Shown here piece after piece: positions 49,500 through 58,531 of a stretch of DNA of 64,000 bases. A program made the translations under genes and the position numbers. How positions within the stretch are numbered: position 1 is the first letter of the stretch; each line of letters begins with the position of its first letter. Under the pieces are notes generated by a model. That model worked only from the letters and a program-made list of their open reading frames with translations, had not been told where the DNA came from and did no database searches. The stretch is from Candidatus Methanimicrococcus labiotermitis (GTDB lineage: Archaea > Halobacteriota > Methanosarcinia > Methanosarcinales > Methanosarcinaceae): NCBI GenBank assembly GCA_009784005.1, contig WRCE01000003.1:10519-74518 (forward strand), in the 5' to 3' direction.

Positions 49500-49790
49500 T
49501 TACTCTTCATCGAGCAATTTATCCAAAACCGCCGCTGCGTTTTCAAATTCTTTTTCGTCCTCAATATCAATTAACTCATAATCGTCGCCGGTTTCTTTGT
49601 AGCCGTAAATAATAACATCATCGGAGTCCAACGGAGCCAAAGCAATGTATTCTTTACCGTTGGCTTCAAAAATGCCGATGACTTCACATTCTATTGTTTC
49701 ATCATCTATTTCAAGGAAAAATGTTAGGTCTTCGGGGTTATCGCCGCAGCTGCAGCTGTTACATTCTTTGTGGTCGTGGTTGTGTTCCAT
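49500..49790 (-). CDS. DUF1292-like small acidic protein
   Basis: 96 aa, very acidic. ...CEVIGIFEANGKEYIAL.P......VIIYGY......YELIDIEDEKEFE resembles DUF1292. Confidence 0.6.
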   Translation of the reverse strand: MEHNHDHKECNSCSCGDNPEDLTFFLEIDDETIECEVIGIFEANGKEYIALAPLDSDDVIIYGYKETGDDYELIDIEDEKEFENAAAVLDKLLDEE

Positions 49791-50080
49791 GTTACTAAAC
49801 CTCTTATTTTATAGGAATTTATAAGATGTAATTGAATACCGAGTTATATATTTACTCTTATGTAACCTGAATTAGATTAATACTTTCGCCATGCAAGATC
49901 TAGAATTAAATTCAAAGACATTATTAAAATACGATAGAAGTTGTTCCATTACCTGATTTTTTTACCTCGACAAGAATTTATATTTAATAATTCTTCTATT
50001 CTTGTATTGTGCGTTCAAACGTGCTAAGCGATTGAGGTGCGGGAATTAGAAAGGAATACGAGAAACGGATTTCGATTCAA

Positions 50081-51334
50081 ATGGATTCAGAATGGTTGAC
50101 TCCCAAAGAAGCCGGAGTTAAATGGGGAATAAAAACGAGGCGCGTACAAGCACTTTGCTTAAAGGGGCAAATAAACGGTGCGGTTCGCATAGATCGATTT
50201 TGGTTAATTCCTAAAAACACTCCAAAACCCATTGATAGTCGAACGAAAATCAAAAAGCAATTACATAGTCAAGTGAATGAAATTGATACAGTCAAAGATA
50301 ATAATAAACCACGATTAATTTCATTATTCTCTGGTTGCGGTGGTCTTGACCTTGGTTTTGAAAAGGCGGGATTTGAGAGAGTGTGGGCTAATGACTTTGA
50401 TTCAGATGCACAAGCTGTTTATACCCGTAATCTTGGTAAAATAGATGGGCGGGATATATTAAGCGTAGATGAAGACGATATTCCTGAAGGGGATATATTA
50501 ACAGCTGGATTTCCCTGTCAACCATTTTCTAATGCTGGGAACCGTAAAGGTGTTCATGATTCTAGGGGTATGCTATACAAGGAATGCCTTCGAATTATTG
50601 AAAGTAAAATGCCAAAGGTTATTGTATTTGAAAATGTAAAAGGATTATTGTCAACAAAATATATTGATGGGCGCAACTTGGTTGACGTCATTAATGAAGA
50701 TTTGTCAACAATTGGAGGCGTGGGTTACAATGTTGTTCATAAACTTCTAAACGCTGCTGACTACGGCGTTCCACAAAACAGGCAAAGAGTTTTTTTTGTT
50801 GGGATAAAAAAAGATTTAAAAATTAATTTTGTTTTTCCCGAAAAGCAAATAAAAAATAATTTGACAATTCGGAATGTTCTGGAAATGCCCAAAGATTTAC
50901 CCAATCAAATTGATTGGGGGTTGTCACCCCAAGCACTTGAAATGATTGAATACATACCAGAGGGTGGTTCTTGGAAAGATATTCCTTATGAGCAATTAGC
51001 GCCTCGTTTTCAACGAATAAGAGATGATATGAAGAAATATCGCTCGCCTAATTTTTATAGACGTTTTTCGCGTGATGAAATTAACGGAACAATTACAGCA
51101 TCGGCTCAACCCGAAAACTGTGGTATTATCCACCCGACCGAAAATCGCCGTTATACGATTCGTGAAATTGCTCGAATACAAACTTTTCCAGATGATTTCC
51201 TATTTATTGATGACACACCAAAAAACATTACAGCAATGTATAAAGTCATTGGAAATGCCGTGCCCGTAATCCTAGCTCAGAATATAGCCTCTTCGATTAT
51301 GGAACAAGTTTTCAAAGGAGAACAGGCATGTTAA
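50081..51334 (+). CDS. DNA (cytosine-5)-methyltransferase with an N-terminal helix-turn-helix (excisionase/MerR-like) domain
   Basis: C5-MTase motifs I LFSGCGGLDLGF, IV GFPCQPFS, VI FENVKGL, VIII QNRQRVFFVG and X IGNAVP. The N-terminal ~50 aa (WLTPKEAGVKWGIKTRRVQALCLKGQI) look like an HTH. Confidence 0.9.
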   Translation: MDSEWLTPKEAGVKWGIKTRRVQALCLKGQINGAVRIDRFWLIPKNTPKPIDSRTKIKKQLHSQVNEIDTVKDNNKPRLISLFSGCGGLDLGFEKAGFERVWANDFDSDAQAVYTRNLGKIDGRDILSVDEDDIPEGDILTAGFPCQPFSNAGNRKGVHDSRGMLYKECLRIIESKMPKVIVFENVKGLLSTKYIDGRNLVDVINEDLSTIGGVGYNVVHKLLNAADYGVPQNRQRVFFVGIKKDLKINFVFPEKQIKNNLTIRNVLEMPKDLPNQIDWGLSPQALEMIEYIPEGGSWKDIPYEQLAPRFQRIRDDMKKYRSPNFYRRFSRDEINGTITASAQPENCGIIHPTENRRYTIREIARIQTFPDDFLFIDDTPKNITAMYKVIGNAVPVILAQNIASSIMEQVFKGEQAC

Positions 51335-52896
51335 TGAATACCGATAAAGCATATCTTTTTGGTTTGATAATCGGTGGTGGGATTTGGCGAAACAACGAAG
51401 ACGGATTCATAATCCACCTCCCGTATAGGAAATGGGGTTCATATGACCAGAATCCCAGACGTGCCTCTCAAATATCAGGAGACATTGTACAATTTTTAAA
51501 CCCATTGTTTAGAAACATTTACGGCCTCAATATTTCTTTTGATGGAACTGCTCGCGGTGATTGGAATATTTTGTTTGAGGGAGATTTGACAGAGTTGAAA
51601 TCCGATTTGCAGTCATACGGTATTGAATGCGAAGGCGAATTGCGTAGTACTGCAAGTATTGGTGGGATAATTGCTGATTTATTTGATGAAAATATGAAAC
51701 GGAGATTTATTGCAGGACTTGCCGATACCATAGGTAGCACAAATAAAAACCACCGGCGATTTTCAGCTGAAATCCAAACTTTATCGTTTGAGTTAAAAGG
51801 CTTTAATTTCTCATTCGTTTGTGAGTTGTGCCGCCTTTTGTATAGTGTAAACTGTTTACCCGATCAAATTCTGTGGAACCATCCCAACTTCCAATCAGCA
51901 AGTGACTCTTACTATACGAAATGGAATAAAGGTACCAAACTCCGCATCCAACTTGATCAATATGCTAAATTCGGAGCGTTTGCTTTCAAAACAAAGGCGG
52001 AATCATCTATCGAAAATCGTAGCTTGCAGCAACAAACGCATAGTGCAGTTTCGTGCCCCGAACGCGAAATTCGAGCGAAAACTTCCTGCTTTCATCCCGG
52101 AGAGAATGATAAAAGGTTGCCTGATTGCATCCGTGGAGGACATTATCTCCATAATCGCCATGTCTGTGCTGTTATGGGATGTGAAAATGCACCATATGAT
52201 ACTATTAGAGGCTTATTTTCAAATGTTGGAGATTTAATTATTCCTTTCCCAATATTGTGTAAAAATACAATACAGAAAATAGAAGAAATAATTAAAGAAG
52301 AGCCGTTGCTTGCTAATCGAGAGTATTCTATTGCAAACGTTAGTGTAAAATCATTATACGAACTTTATAAAGCAGACCATAACGCATTATTATTTGGAAA
52401 CAATGCTAATAATGGGTACCCTATTGCCAAAATAATCCAAGGCATATCTTATGTGATTGCTGATGAAAATGAATTAAATGGCGCACGCCCCAAAGGCAAC
52501 TTTGAAAAGATTGTAGAACATCGCATACATCATGAAATGAATAATAAATACCCAAATATTCTTTCTAGGTTTGAAGTTCAAGAGTCAAATTTTATTATTG
52601 CTGAAAATACTGAAGGAGTTTCCTATACAGTAAATGCTGATGAGCTAAATAAACACCCTAAAAATAAATCACTGATAGACTTAGGGCGTGATTTGTCTAC
52701 CGCCACTGGCCTTATGGTCGAATTCCGTAAACCTGATTTGTTAACACCTTTAGTAATCACTGGAAATGGTCGAGGTGTATTGATTGGTGCGCATAACCCG
52801 AGTGTTTATGAAAAACTTGTTACGATTGCCCCGGATAATGAATATAAATTGTGTGTCCGCCCAATAACTGAAGGAGATTTGCGTAATGCGAAATGA
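51328..52896 (+). CDS. Hypothetical 522-aa protein with two degenerate LAGLIDADG-like motifs; candidate nuclease or specificity partner of the upstream methyltransferase
   Basis: KAYLFGLIIGGG (aa ~7-18) and RRFIAGLADTIGS (aa ~124-136) resemble LAGLIDADG motifs at roughly the spacing expected of a double-motif LAGLIDADG enzyme. The gene overlaps both neighbours (7 nt and 11 nt). The functional assignment is tentative. Confidence 0.45.
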   Translation: MLMNTDKAYLFGLIIGGGIWRNNEDGFIIHLPYRKWGSYDQNPRRASQISGDIVQFLNPLFRNIYGLNISFDGTARGDWNILFEGDLTELKSDLQSYGIECEGELRSTASIGGIIADLFDENMKRRFIAGLADTIGSTNKNHRRFSAEIQTLSFELKGFNFSFVCELCRLLYSVNCLPDQILWNHPNFQSASDSYYTKWNKGTKLRIQLDQYAKFGAFAFKTKAESSIENRSLQQQTHSAVSCPEREIRAKTSCFHPGENDKRLPDCIRGGHYLHNRHVCAVMGCENAPYDTIRGLFSNVGDLIIPFPILCKNTIQKIEEIIKEEPLLANREYSIANVSVKSLYELYKADHNALLFGNNANNGYPIAKIIQGISYVIADENELNGARPKGNFEKIVEHRIHHEMNNKYPNILSRFEVQESNFIIAENTEGVSYTVNADELNKHPKNKSLIDLGRDLSTATGLMVEFRKPDLLTPLVITGNGRGVLIGAHNPSVYEKLVTIAPDNEYKLCVRPITEGDLRNAK

Positions 52897-53458
52897 AGTA
52901 TCCTATTACCCAGAGATACAGACTTTTATCGAAGCGCAATTAAGAAGCAATTTTTTGGCGAGTAACCGCCGCGAATTGTATGTATATTGGGGAATCGGCG
53001 AATTGAAAAACAATCTCCAACGTATCATTATCGAGCACCCCGACAAATGTGCTTGCGTTTCAAAATTCGCAGAGCGTGTTCCACCGTTAAGTCTTGATAT
53101 ATTTGCTCTGATTACAGATGGGATAAAATTCGAACTTTTGATTTTAGAGATCAAACTTTTGAATGCCGTAGGGTTGAAAGAATGGTCACAACTTGTGGGA
53201 TATTGTTTTGTATCAGGTTCAAAATATGGGTTGCTTGTCAATATCAACAACGGGGCCAGTCCACGCTTAACTCAATTATTGCATACTGAACATCATATAT
53301 CTCACATACAGACAATAGTTAATAGTGAGCCTTGTGAACATATGCTTGGATTCATGCAATGGAATGACCTTACCCAAAATTTTGAATATAGCAATTTCGG
53401 TTTTATTAAATCGTTATCGGAATTAAGTGATAGACTCGCAGCCGAATTTTCAAAATAA
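52886..53458 (+). CDS. PD-(D/E)XK-like nuclease-fold protein (candidate restriction endonuclease subunit)
   Basis: PPLSLDIFALITDG...FELLILEIKLL gives a D...ExK arrangement followed by ...SQLVGY. It is the last gene of the operon. Confidence 0.5.
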   Translation: MRNEVSYYPEIQTFIEAQLRSNFLASNRRELYVYWGIGELKNNLQRIIIEHPDKCACVSKFAERVPPLSLDIFALITDGIKFELLILEIKLLNAVGLKEWSQLVGYCFVSGSKYGLLVNINNGASPRLTQLLHTEHHISHIQTIVNSEPCEHMLGFMQWNDLTQNFEYSNFGFIKSLSELSDRLAAEFSK

Positions 53459-53749
53459 ATTCAGCAAATAAAAACATTTATTAAACGTGACAAACGAACC
53501 TAATACCACATAAAAAAAGAAAACGTAATGGAAAATCCCTCTTATCTTCAATCAAGAAGTGCATAATTTCATGACTCCATTTGCATTTGGAATTATGGTG
53601 ACAATGAGTTTTGTTTACTAAACGAGAATATAAAAAGATCATTGAAAGTGGCACCCAATTCTCATTATTAATGAAAAAATATTTCTAATATTATAAGAAA
53701 AATGGATACAATTCAATGAATATATTATATCGGTTGGATTCATTATAAT

Positions 53750-54670
53750 TTAACTGATTTTTTTAACTTCTGATTCGAGTTTCTCAAGATTCTTCTTATG
53801 TTTCCGAATATTTTCTCTTATTTCTTTGCATTTCTCAGAATTAAAACTAACATTCTTTTTTTTATTTTTGAAGTATTCAATGCCATTTTCATTGCATAAA
53901 ACAGAATGAGCGAAAATATTTCGAGGTATTATAATTTCATTATGATATTCCCTTGAAAAATCATCCAGATCTAACTGATTTAATATTTCACCAATTGCTA
54001 AAGATTGTTGATATGACGAAAAGAGAAGAGGATCGGCCATCAAATCATCAATCGAACATTCGAGTTTGCACTTTTCAAAATATTTGGACTTGGACCTGAG
54101 ATGAGTGGCAATTTCATCAAATATTTTTTTTGATAATTGTTCTGTATCTAACTCAGCGCATTTTGTACATGAATTGATGATTTCAAAAGCCGCAGCGTCT
54201 AATGAGCTGGTTTCATGCATAATCATACCGCGCATGGCAATTATATGCTGAAATTTTTGAATTGTCAAATCAATAAGTTTAATAATTTCATTATAAACTG
54301 ACTTATGATGAGTTTCAGAAGAGAATTTGGAAGTTTCTAAAAATGTGCTACGATTAATTTGACCAATATCCCTTAATTTTTTTGCAGTATAGAATAAAAT
54401 TTCTGTGGAAATGTTTGATTGGCGAATAAGTTGAATTATTTGATCACCGTTTTTTCCTGTGGATTCATCCTCCACTAGATTATAGTCTATAAGCATGAGA
54501 TCAAAATCCTCATTTAGGGATCGCTCAAAATCGTCAGAATTTGAAATTGAGATAATGGATGGTTCAAATCCATGATTAGATAAATGCACTTTTACTTTTT
54601 CAAGCCAGTCATCATCAATAAAATCATTAATACGATCATCTAACCATAGAATGTTATACCTTAGTTTCAT
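53750..54670 (-). CDS. Receiver (CheY-like REC) domain protein with a C-terminal HEPN-like domain (RNIFAH motif)
   Basis: REC features: acidic pocket ILWLDD, phospho-acceptor candidate D62 in DLMLIDYNL, and T95 in LFYTAKK. The C-terminal half is all-alpha and carries Rx4H as R250-N-I-F-A-H255 (complement 53906..53923). It overlaps the kinase gene by 4 nt. Confidence 0.6.
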   Translation of the reverse strand: MKLRYNILWLDDRINDFIDDDWLEKVKVHLSNHGFEPSIISISNSDDFERSLNEDFDLMLIDYNLVEDESTGKNGDQIIQLIRQSNISTEILFYTAKKLRDIGQINRSTFLETSKFSSETHHKSVYNEIIKLIDLTIQKFQHIIAMRGMIMHETSSLDAAAFEIINSCTKCAELDTEQLSKKIFDEIATHLRSKSKYFEKCKLECSIDDLMADPLLFSSYQQSLAIGEILNQLDLDDFSREYHNEIIIPRNIFAHSVLCNENGIEYFKNKKKNVSFNSEKCKEIRENIRKHKKNLEKLESEVKKIS

Positions 54671-57324
54671 AGTCCCAACTCTATAATAAAAACAGTTTTT
54701 ACATTTTCTTCAGAAGAAACCGTTATTTTTCCTTTCATATCTTTTTGAATCGTTGATTTTATTATATACAATCCAATACCGGATCCGTCTGTCGTTGTAA
54801 AACCTAAATCAAAAATTTGATCTAGATGCTCCGCGGCAATTCCTTTGCCGTTATCTTCAACGGCTATCCTCAATCCTAAATCTGTAACATTAAAATCAAA
54901 ATAAATGTCACTAGCGCCTGCTTTTTCTGCGTTATTAATGAAATTATCAATAAGAATTGTAACCTCAAGAGGGCTAAATTCTTTTACGAACTCCTTATTG
55001 TTATCTGTTAAATGGATCTTTAATTTTGTATTTAGAAGCGGTTCAGAAGATAGGTAAATTTCTTCAACATATTCCTTTATGAATTGAACAAGATCTCTAG
55101 TTATTGAATTGGAGTTTACGCCGAAATTTGCTCGTGTAATGAAATTCGATACGGATTTAATTTTGGAGGATTCTTTCATGATTGTATAAATTTTAGCTAA
55201 ATCTTTTTCTGAAACATTTTTACTCCTCAATAAAGAATTAGCATTCTCAATAATCCGGCTAGAAGAATGACCAATGTTGTGTTGAAGTCCCATTATGTGT
55301 TCTTTGTCCATCCCAATTAGAGAACTTTGAAACAATCTTCTCTTTTTCTCTTCATTGAATTTCACAACGGCTTCTTCTCTTTCTTTCTCTGCATTTGCCC
55401 TTTTTTCTGATTCGTCCTTAGCTTTTTGTTCTGCCTCTTTTCGAGCAAACTCTTCTTCACGCTTTTTAAGCTCTGCTTCTCTTTGAGCAAGTTCCGCTTT
55501 TTCTCGTGCTTCTTCTTCTTTTTGTCGTTCTGTTTCAGCTTTCTTCCTAGCTTCTTCCGCTTCTTTTCTCTTTTGTTCTGCTTCACGCTTTTTAAGCTCT
55601 GCTTCTCTTTGAGCGAGCTCTGCTTTTTTTCGTGCTTCTTCTTCTTTTTGTCGTTCTGTTTCGGCTTTCTTCCTAGCTTCTTCTTCCGCTTTCTTTTGTT
55701 CTTCTGCTTCTATTCTCTTTTTTTCTTCCTCAATGAATTTGCGTTCAGTTTCCATTTTTTGATTTAATAATACCACATACTTTTTTTCAGCATCCTCAAC
55801 GCTTTTAAACAATTCTGAATTATTTGTTTTCGTAGCAATTTTTGAAATGTCTTTAAATATAGATGGATTTACTTTTTCAAGATTATCCTTAATTATTGAA
55901 AACAAATCTTTATCATACTCTAAAATTTCAATATCTTTATTGTCAGATAGTTTTTTTATGATTTTTACAAGATGAAACCGACTTCCCAGATTCTTTTGAA
56001 TTATAGACGTGTCTTCTCGATTCTTGTCACCATCAAGAAGTTCTTTCTCCGTGAAAAACCCCTTGGACTCCCATCCAAGACCCCATTGAACAAACCCAAT
56101 ATACCTTTCCAACGGTTTAAGGGATTTTTCAAAAAATAATTCTTTAAGAATGAGGTATTCGGGTGTTTCTACAAGACCCCCGTCACGACTCGATGCTTCA
56201 CGGAAATAAGATGAATCGGTTATTAATTCGATTCGACCAAAAAGATCCCTTGTACCCAAAAAACGCCGATTTCCTTGTTGATGCCTAAAATCAATGCCTA
56301 AGCTATCGTCTCCAAGAGCTCCGTATGGAGAAACTCTAAATCCATTTTTAAAAAGGAATATGGAGCCAAACCTAACCGGCTCAATACCCATTGTTCTCGT
56401 AAAATTTGTTTTTGCAATAGTATTTAAATAATAGATATGAAACGAAGCGTCATTTAAAAAAGAACTATGAATATTTTTTTCACGAACTTTATAGATTAAT
56501 GTTCCACGGTCAACCAATTCGGTTGTAATCCACTCATCGGACATTGACGTTTTTATTTGAGTTGTTTTTAAGTTCAATTTTTCAAAAATAAAATTATTTA
56601 CCGGACCATTGACCTGAGTTAAGTATCGACCAGTTCCTTGGCGATGAATTCTCTTACGGCTAGACTTACCTTTATCATCTTCTGAAAGGTCAGATGTACT
56701 AGTAAGCCAAATTTCAAAATCAAGAGAATCAAAGGGATTAATAAGCTTTTCCAACGATTGTTTTAATTCAATTTTTCTCTCATAATCCCACTTGGAACGT
56801 AAAGATGAGATTTCAAGAACAACTCCGCTATCGAAATAATTAGAGACTGTCTCATGATTAACTTTTATTTGATAAAATTCTTTTTTCGGGTCTTTTTCGA
56901 ATGAATCCCAATCAACATAAACTCTTTCGGTAAAATCAGTACCTTTTTTGCGTGATGTTAGCACTAATTTTTGACCTACTCGATCACAAGAAAAACGTCC
57001 GATACCTTTGGAACCAGCATAATATTTGCGCTTAATATTATCACGATAACTGGTATTTTTTTCAGAGGGCAAATCTTCAGTTCCATCTATTTTTGCAGAA
57101 TATGCAACAAATAACCATTTATTAATAATATCCTCTAAGGACATGCCCTTTCCATCATCCTTGATAATAATTTTATCAGGTTCAAAAATGATTTCAACTT
57201 TTTTTGAAAAAGCATCATATGAATTTTTTACAAGTTCAAAGATTGCAATGAAATCATCAGTAATTAAATCTTTACCGATGATACTTTTTAATGCAGAACT
57301 AACTTTAAAAGACAATTCATCCAT
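54667..57324 (-). CDS. Dual-GHKL protein: N-terminal MORC/Hsp90-type ATPase module, charged coiled coil, C-terminal histidine-kinase module
   Basis: N-terminal module: ELVKNSYDA (N box), IKDDGKGMS (G1), GSKGIGRFS (G2). Residues ~520-650 are a K/E/A/R-rich coiled coil with an internal ~41-aa duplication. C-terminal module: H-box-like LQHNIGHSSS, N box IDNFINNAEKAG, G1 VEDNGKGI, G2 GSGIGLYIIK. Confidence 0.72.
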   Translation of the reverse strand: MDELSFKVSSALKSIIGKDLITDDFIAIFELVKNSYDAFSKKVEIIFEPDKIIIKDDGKGMSLEDIINKWLFVAYSAKIDGTEDLPSEKNTSYRDNIKRKYYAGSKGIGRFSCDRVGQKLVLTSRKKGTDFTERVYVDWDSFEKDPKKEFYQIKVNHETVSNYFDSGVVLEISSLRSKWDYERKIELKQSLEKLINPFDSLDFEIWLTSTSDLSEDDKGKSSRKRIHRQGTGRYLTQVNGPVNNFIFEKLNLKTTQIKTSMSDEWITTELVDRGTLIYKVREKNIHSSFLNDASFHIYYLNTIAKTNFTRTMGIEPVRFGSIFLFKNGFRVSPYGALGDDSLGIDFRHQQGNRRFLGTRDLFGRIELITDSSYFREASSRDGGLVETPEYLILKELFFEKSLKPLERYIGFVQWGLGWESKGFFTEKELLDGDKNREDTSIIQKNLGSRFHLVKIIKKLSDNKDIEILEYDKDLFSIIKDNLEKVNPSIFKDISKIATKTNNSELFKSVEDAEKKYVVLLNQKMETERKFIEEEKKRIEAEEQKKAEEEARKKAETERQKEEEARKKAELAQREAELKKREAEQKRKEAEEARKKAETERQKEEEAREKAELAQREAELKKREEEFARKEAEQKAKDESEKRANAEKEREEAVVKFNEEKKRRLFQSSLIGMDKEHIMGLQHNIGHSSSRIIENANSLLRSKNVSEKDLAKIYTIMKESSKIKSVSNFITRANFGVNSNSITRDLVQFIKEYVEEIYLSSEPLLNTKLKIHLTDNNKEFVKEFSPLEVTILIDNFINNAEKAGASDIYFDFNVTDLGLRIAVEDNGKGIAAEHLDQIFDLGFTTTDGSGIGLYIIKSTIQKDMKGKITVSSEENVKTVFIIELGL

Positions 57325-58531
57325 TCAATTCACCCATTTCTTTTAACGCTAATCCTGCAAGCTCACCGAACAGGGGTGGAATTGCATTTCCAATTTGTGT
57401 GTATCGAGGAACTTCTACTTTCCTCAAAAGCCCCCCTGTCGTATATTTTGCTTTTATTTTATAAGAATCTGGAAATGATTGAATCCGAGCGTATTCTCTT
57501 ACAGTTAAAATACGTGGTTCCGAGTAATGGATATAGTCATCGGGATGTGTTGTCAGTGTAGGACATTTGGAAGTACCGTCCAAGATTGAAATTCCTCTCT
57601 TTTTTACCCCCCACTCATCTCTTTCTTTACTAGTCAATCTTTTATTCCGAGTAGGATATTTCTCCAAAAGATTAGAAAATAACAATTTAGTTTCAGGGTT
57701 ATGTTTTGCAAAACTGTGACTATCTGCCACATCCCCCTTTTGTACGGTATTCGATCTCATTAATTTTTGATATGAACTTTCAGCGCTATTGTACCTACCT
57801 GCACGGAAATTCTTACGATCAGGGCAAGGTGTTGTACCATTTCTCTCAAACAAATCCGATATTGCTTCCGCTACTGTGACAGTTTCAGAGATGCCTTTCA
57901 TTGAAAGAAAATCACTTTTCATGTCATTAATTAACATAAAAAAATCCTTAGCTTTTTTGGATGAAGATTTTTTTAGTACGCCTACTAAAATAAAACGCTT
58001 GCGTCTTTGAGGAATGCCATAGCTTGAAAAATCCACTACATCTGATTCGACATCGTACCCCATATCTTTTAAAGTCTCCACAACAATTTTAGAATAAGGA
58101 ATACCTCGTTTGTCCTCTTTGACAAAAGAATAAGTAAAACCCATAACATTTTCAAAGAAAATAAGTTTGGGGCGAACTAAATCAATAAATTCAATATATG
58201 AATAAACGAGTTGATTTCTTTCATCTTCTTCAATGCGTTTGCCAGCCATTGAAAACCCTTGACATGGCGGGCCACCAGCAACAAGATCGACCTTCCCTCT
58301 TAATGCCATCAAATCATTTCTGTTTTTTTTCAATAATTCGTTGATGTCATGATTAGATTCTTCAAGCCAATCTGGAAAATTGAAATGCTTCCGCTCATCA
58401 ATTAAGTTTGCTTTAAGAGTGGAGAAAGCAAAGGGACTTTTTTCAACTGCAAACAGACCAGACCATCCGGCGTTGTGCAAACCTAGAGAAAGACCCCCAC
58501 ATCCCGCAAATATATCAATATAATTGGGCAT
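57317..58531 (-). CDS. DNA (cytosine-5)-methyltransferase
   Basis: Motifs I IFAGCGGLSLGL, IV GGPPCQGFS, VI FENVMGF, VIII QRRKRFILVG and X IGNAIPP. Overlaps the downstream dual-GHKL gene by 8 nt. Confidence 0.9.
   Translation of the reverse strand: MPNYIDIFAGCGGLSLGLHNAGWSGLFAVEKSPFAFSTLKANLIDERKHFNFPDWLEESNHDINELLKKNRNDLMALRGKVDLVAGGPPCQGFSMAGKRIEEDERNQLVYSYIEFIDLVRPKLIFFENVMGFTYSFVKEDKRGIPYSKIVVETLKDMGYDVESDVVDFSSYGIPQRRKRFILVGVLKKSSSKKAKDFFMLINDMKSDFLSMKGISETVTVAEAISDLFERNGTTPCPDRKNFRAGRYNSAESSYQKLMRSNTVQKGDVADSHSFAKHNPETKLLFSNLLEKYPTRNKRLTSKERDEWGVKKRGISILDGTSKCPTLTTHPDDYIHYSEPRILTVREYARIQSFPDSYKIKAKYTTGGLLRKVEVPRYTQIGNAIPPLFGELAGLALKEMGELNG

Noticed and set aside
49791-50080. Integrase, att sites or a tRNA at the borders of the AT-rich island (49791-50080 and 58532-58622).
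   Set aside because: I found no recombinase ORF and no shared direct repeat by eye. The island call therefore rests on composition and gene content only.
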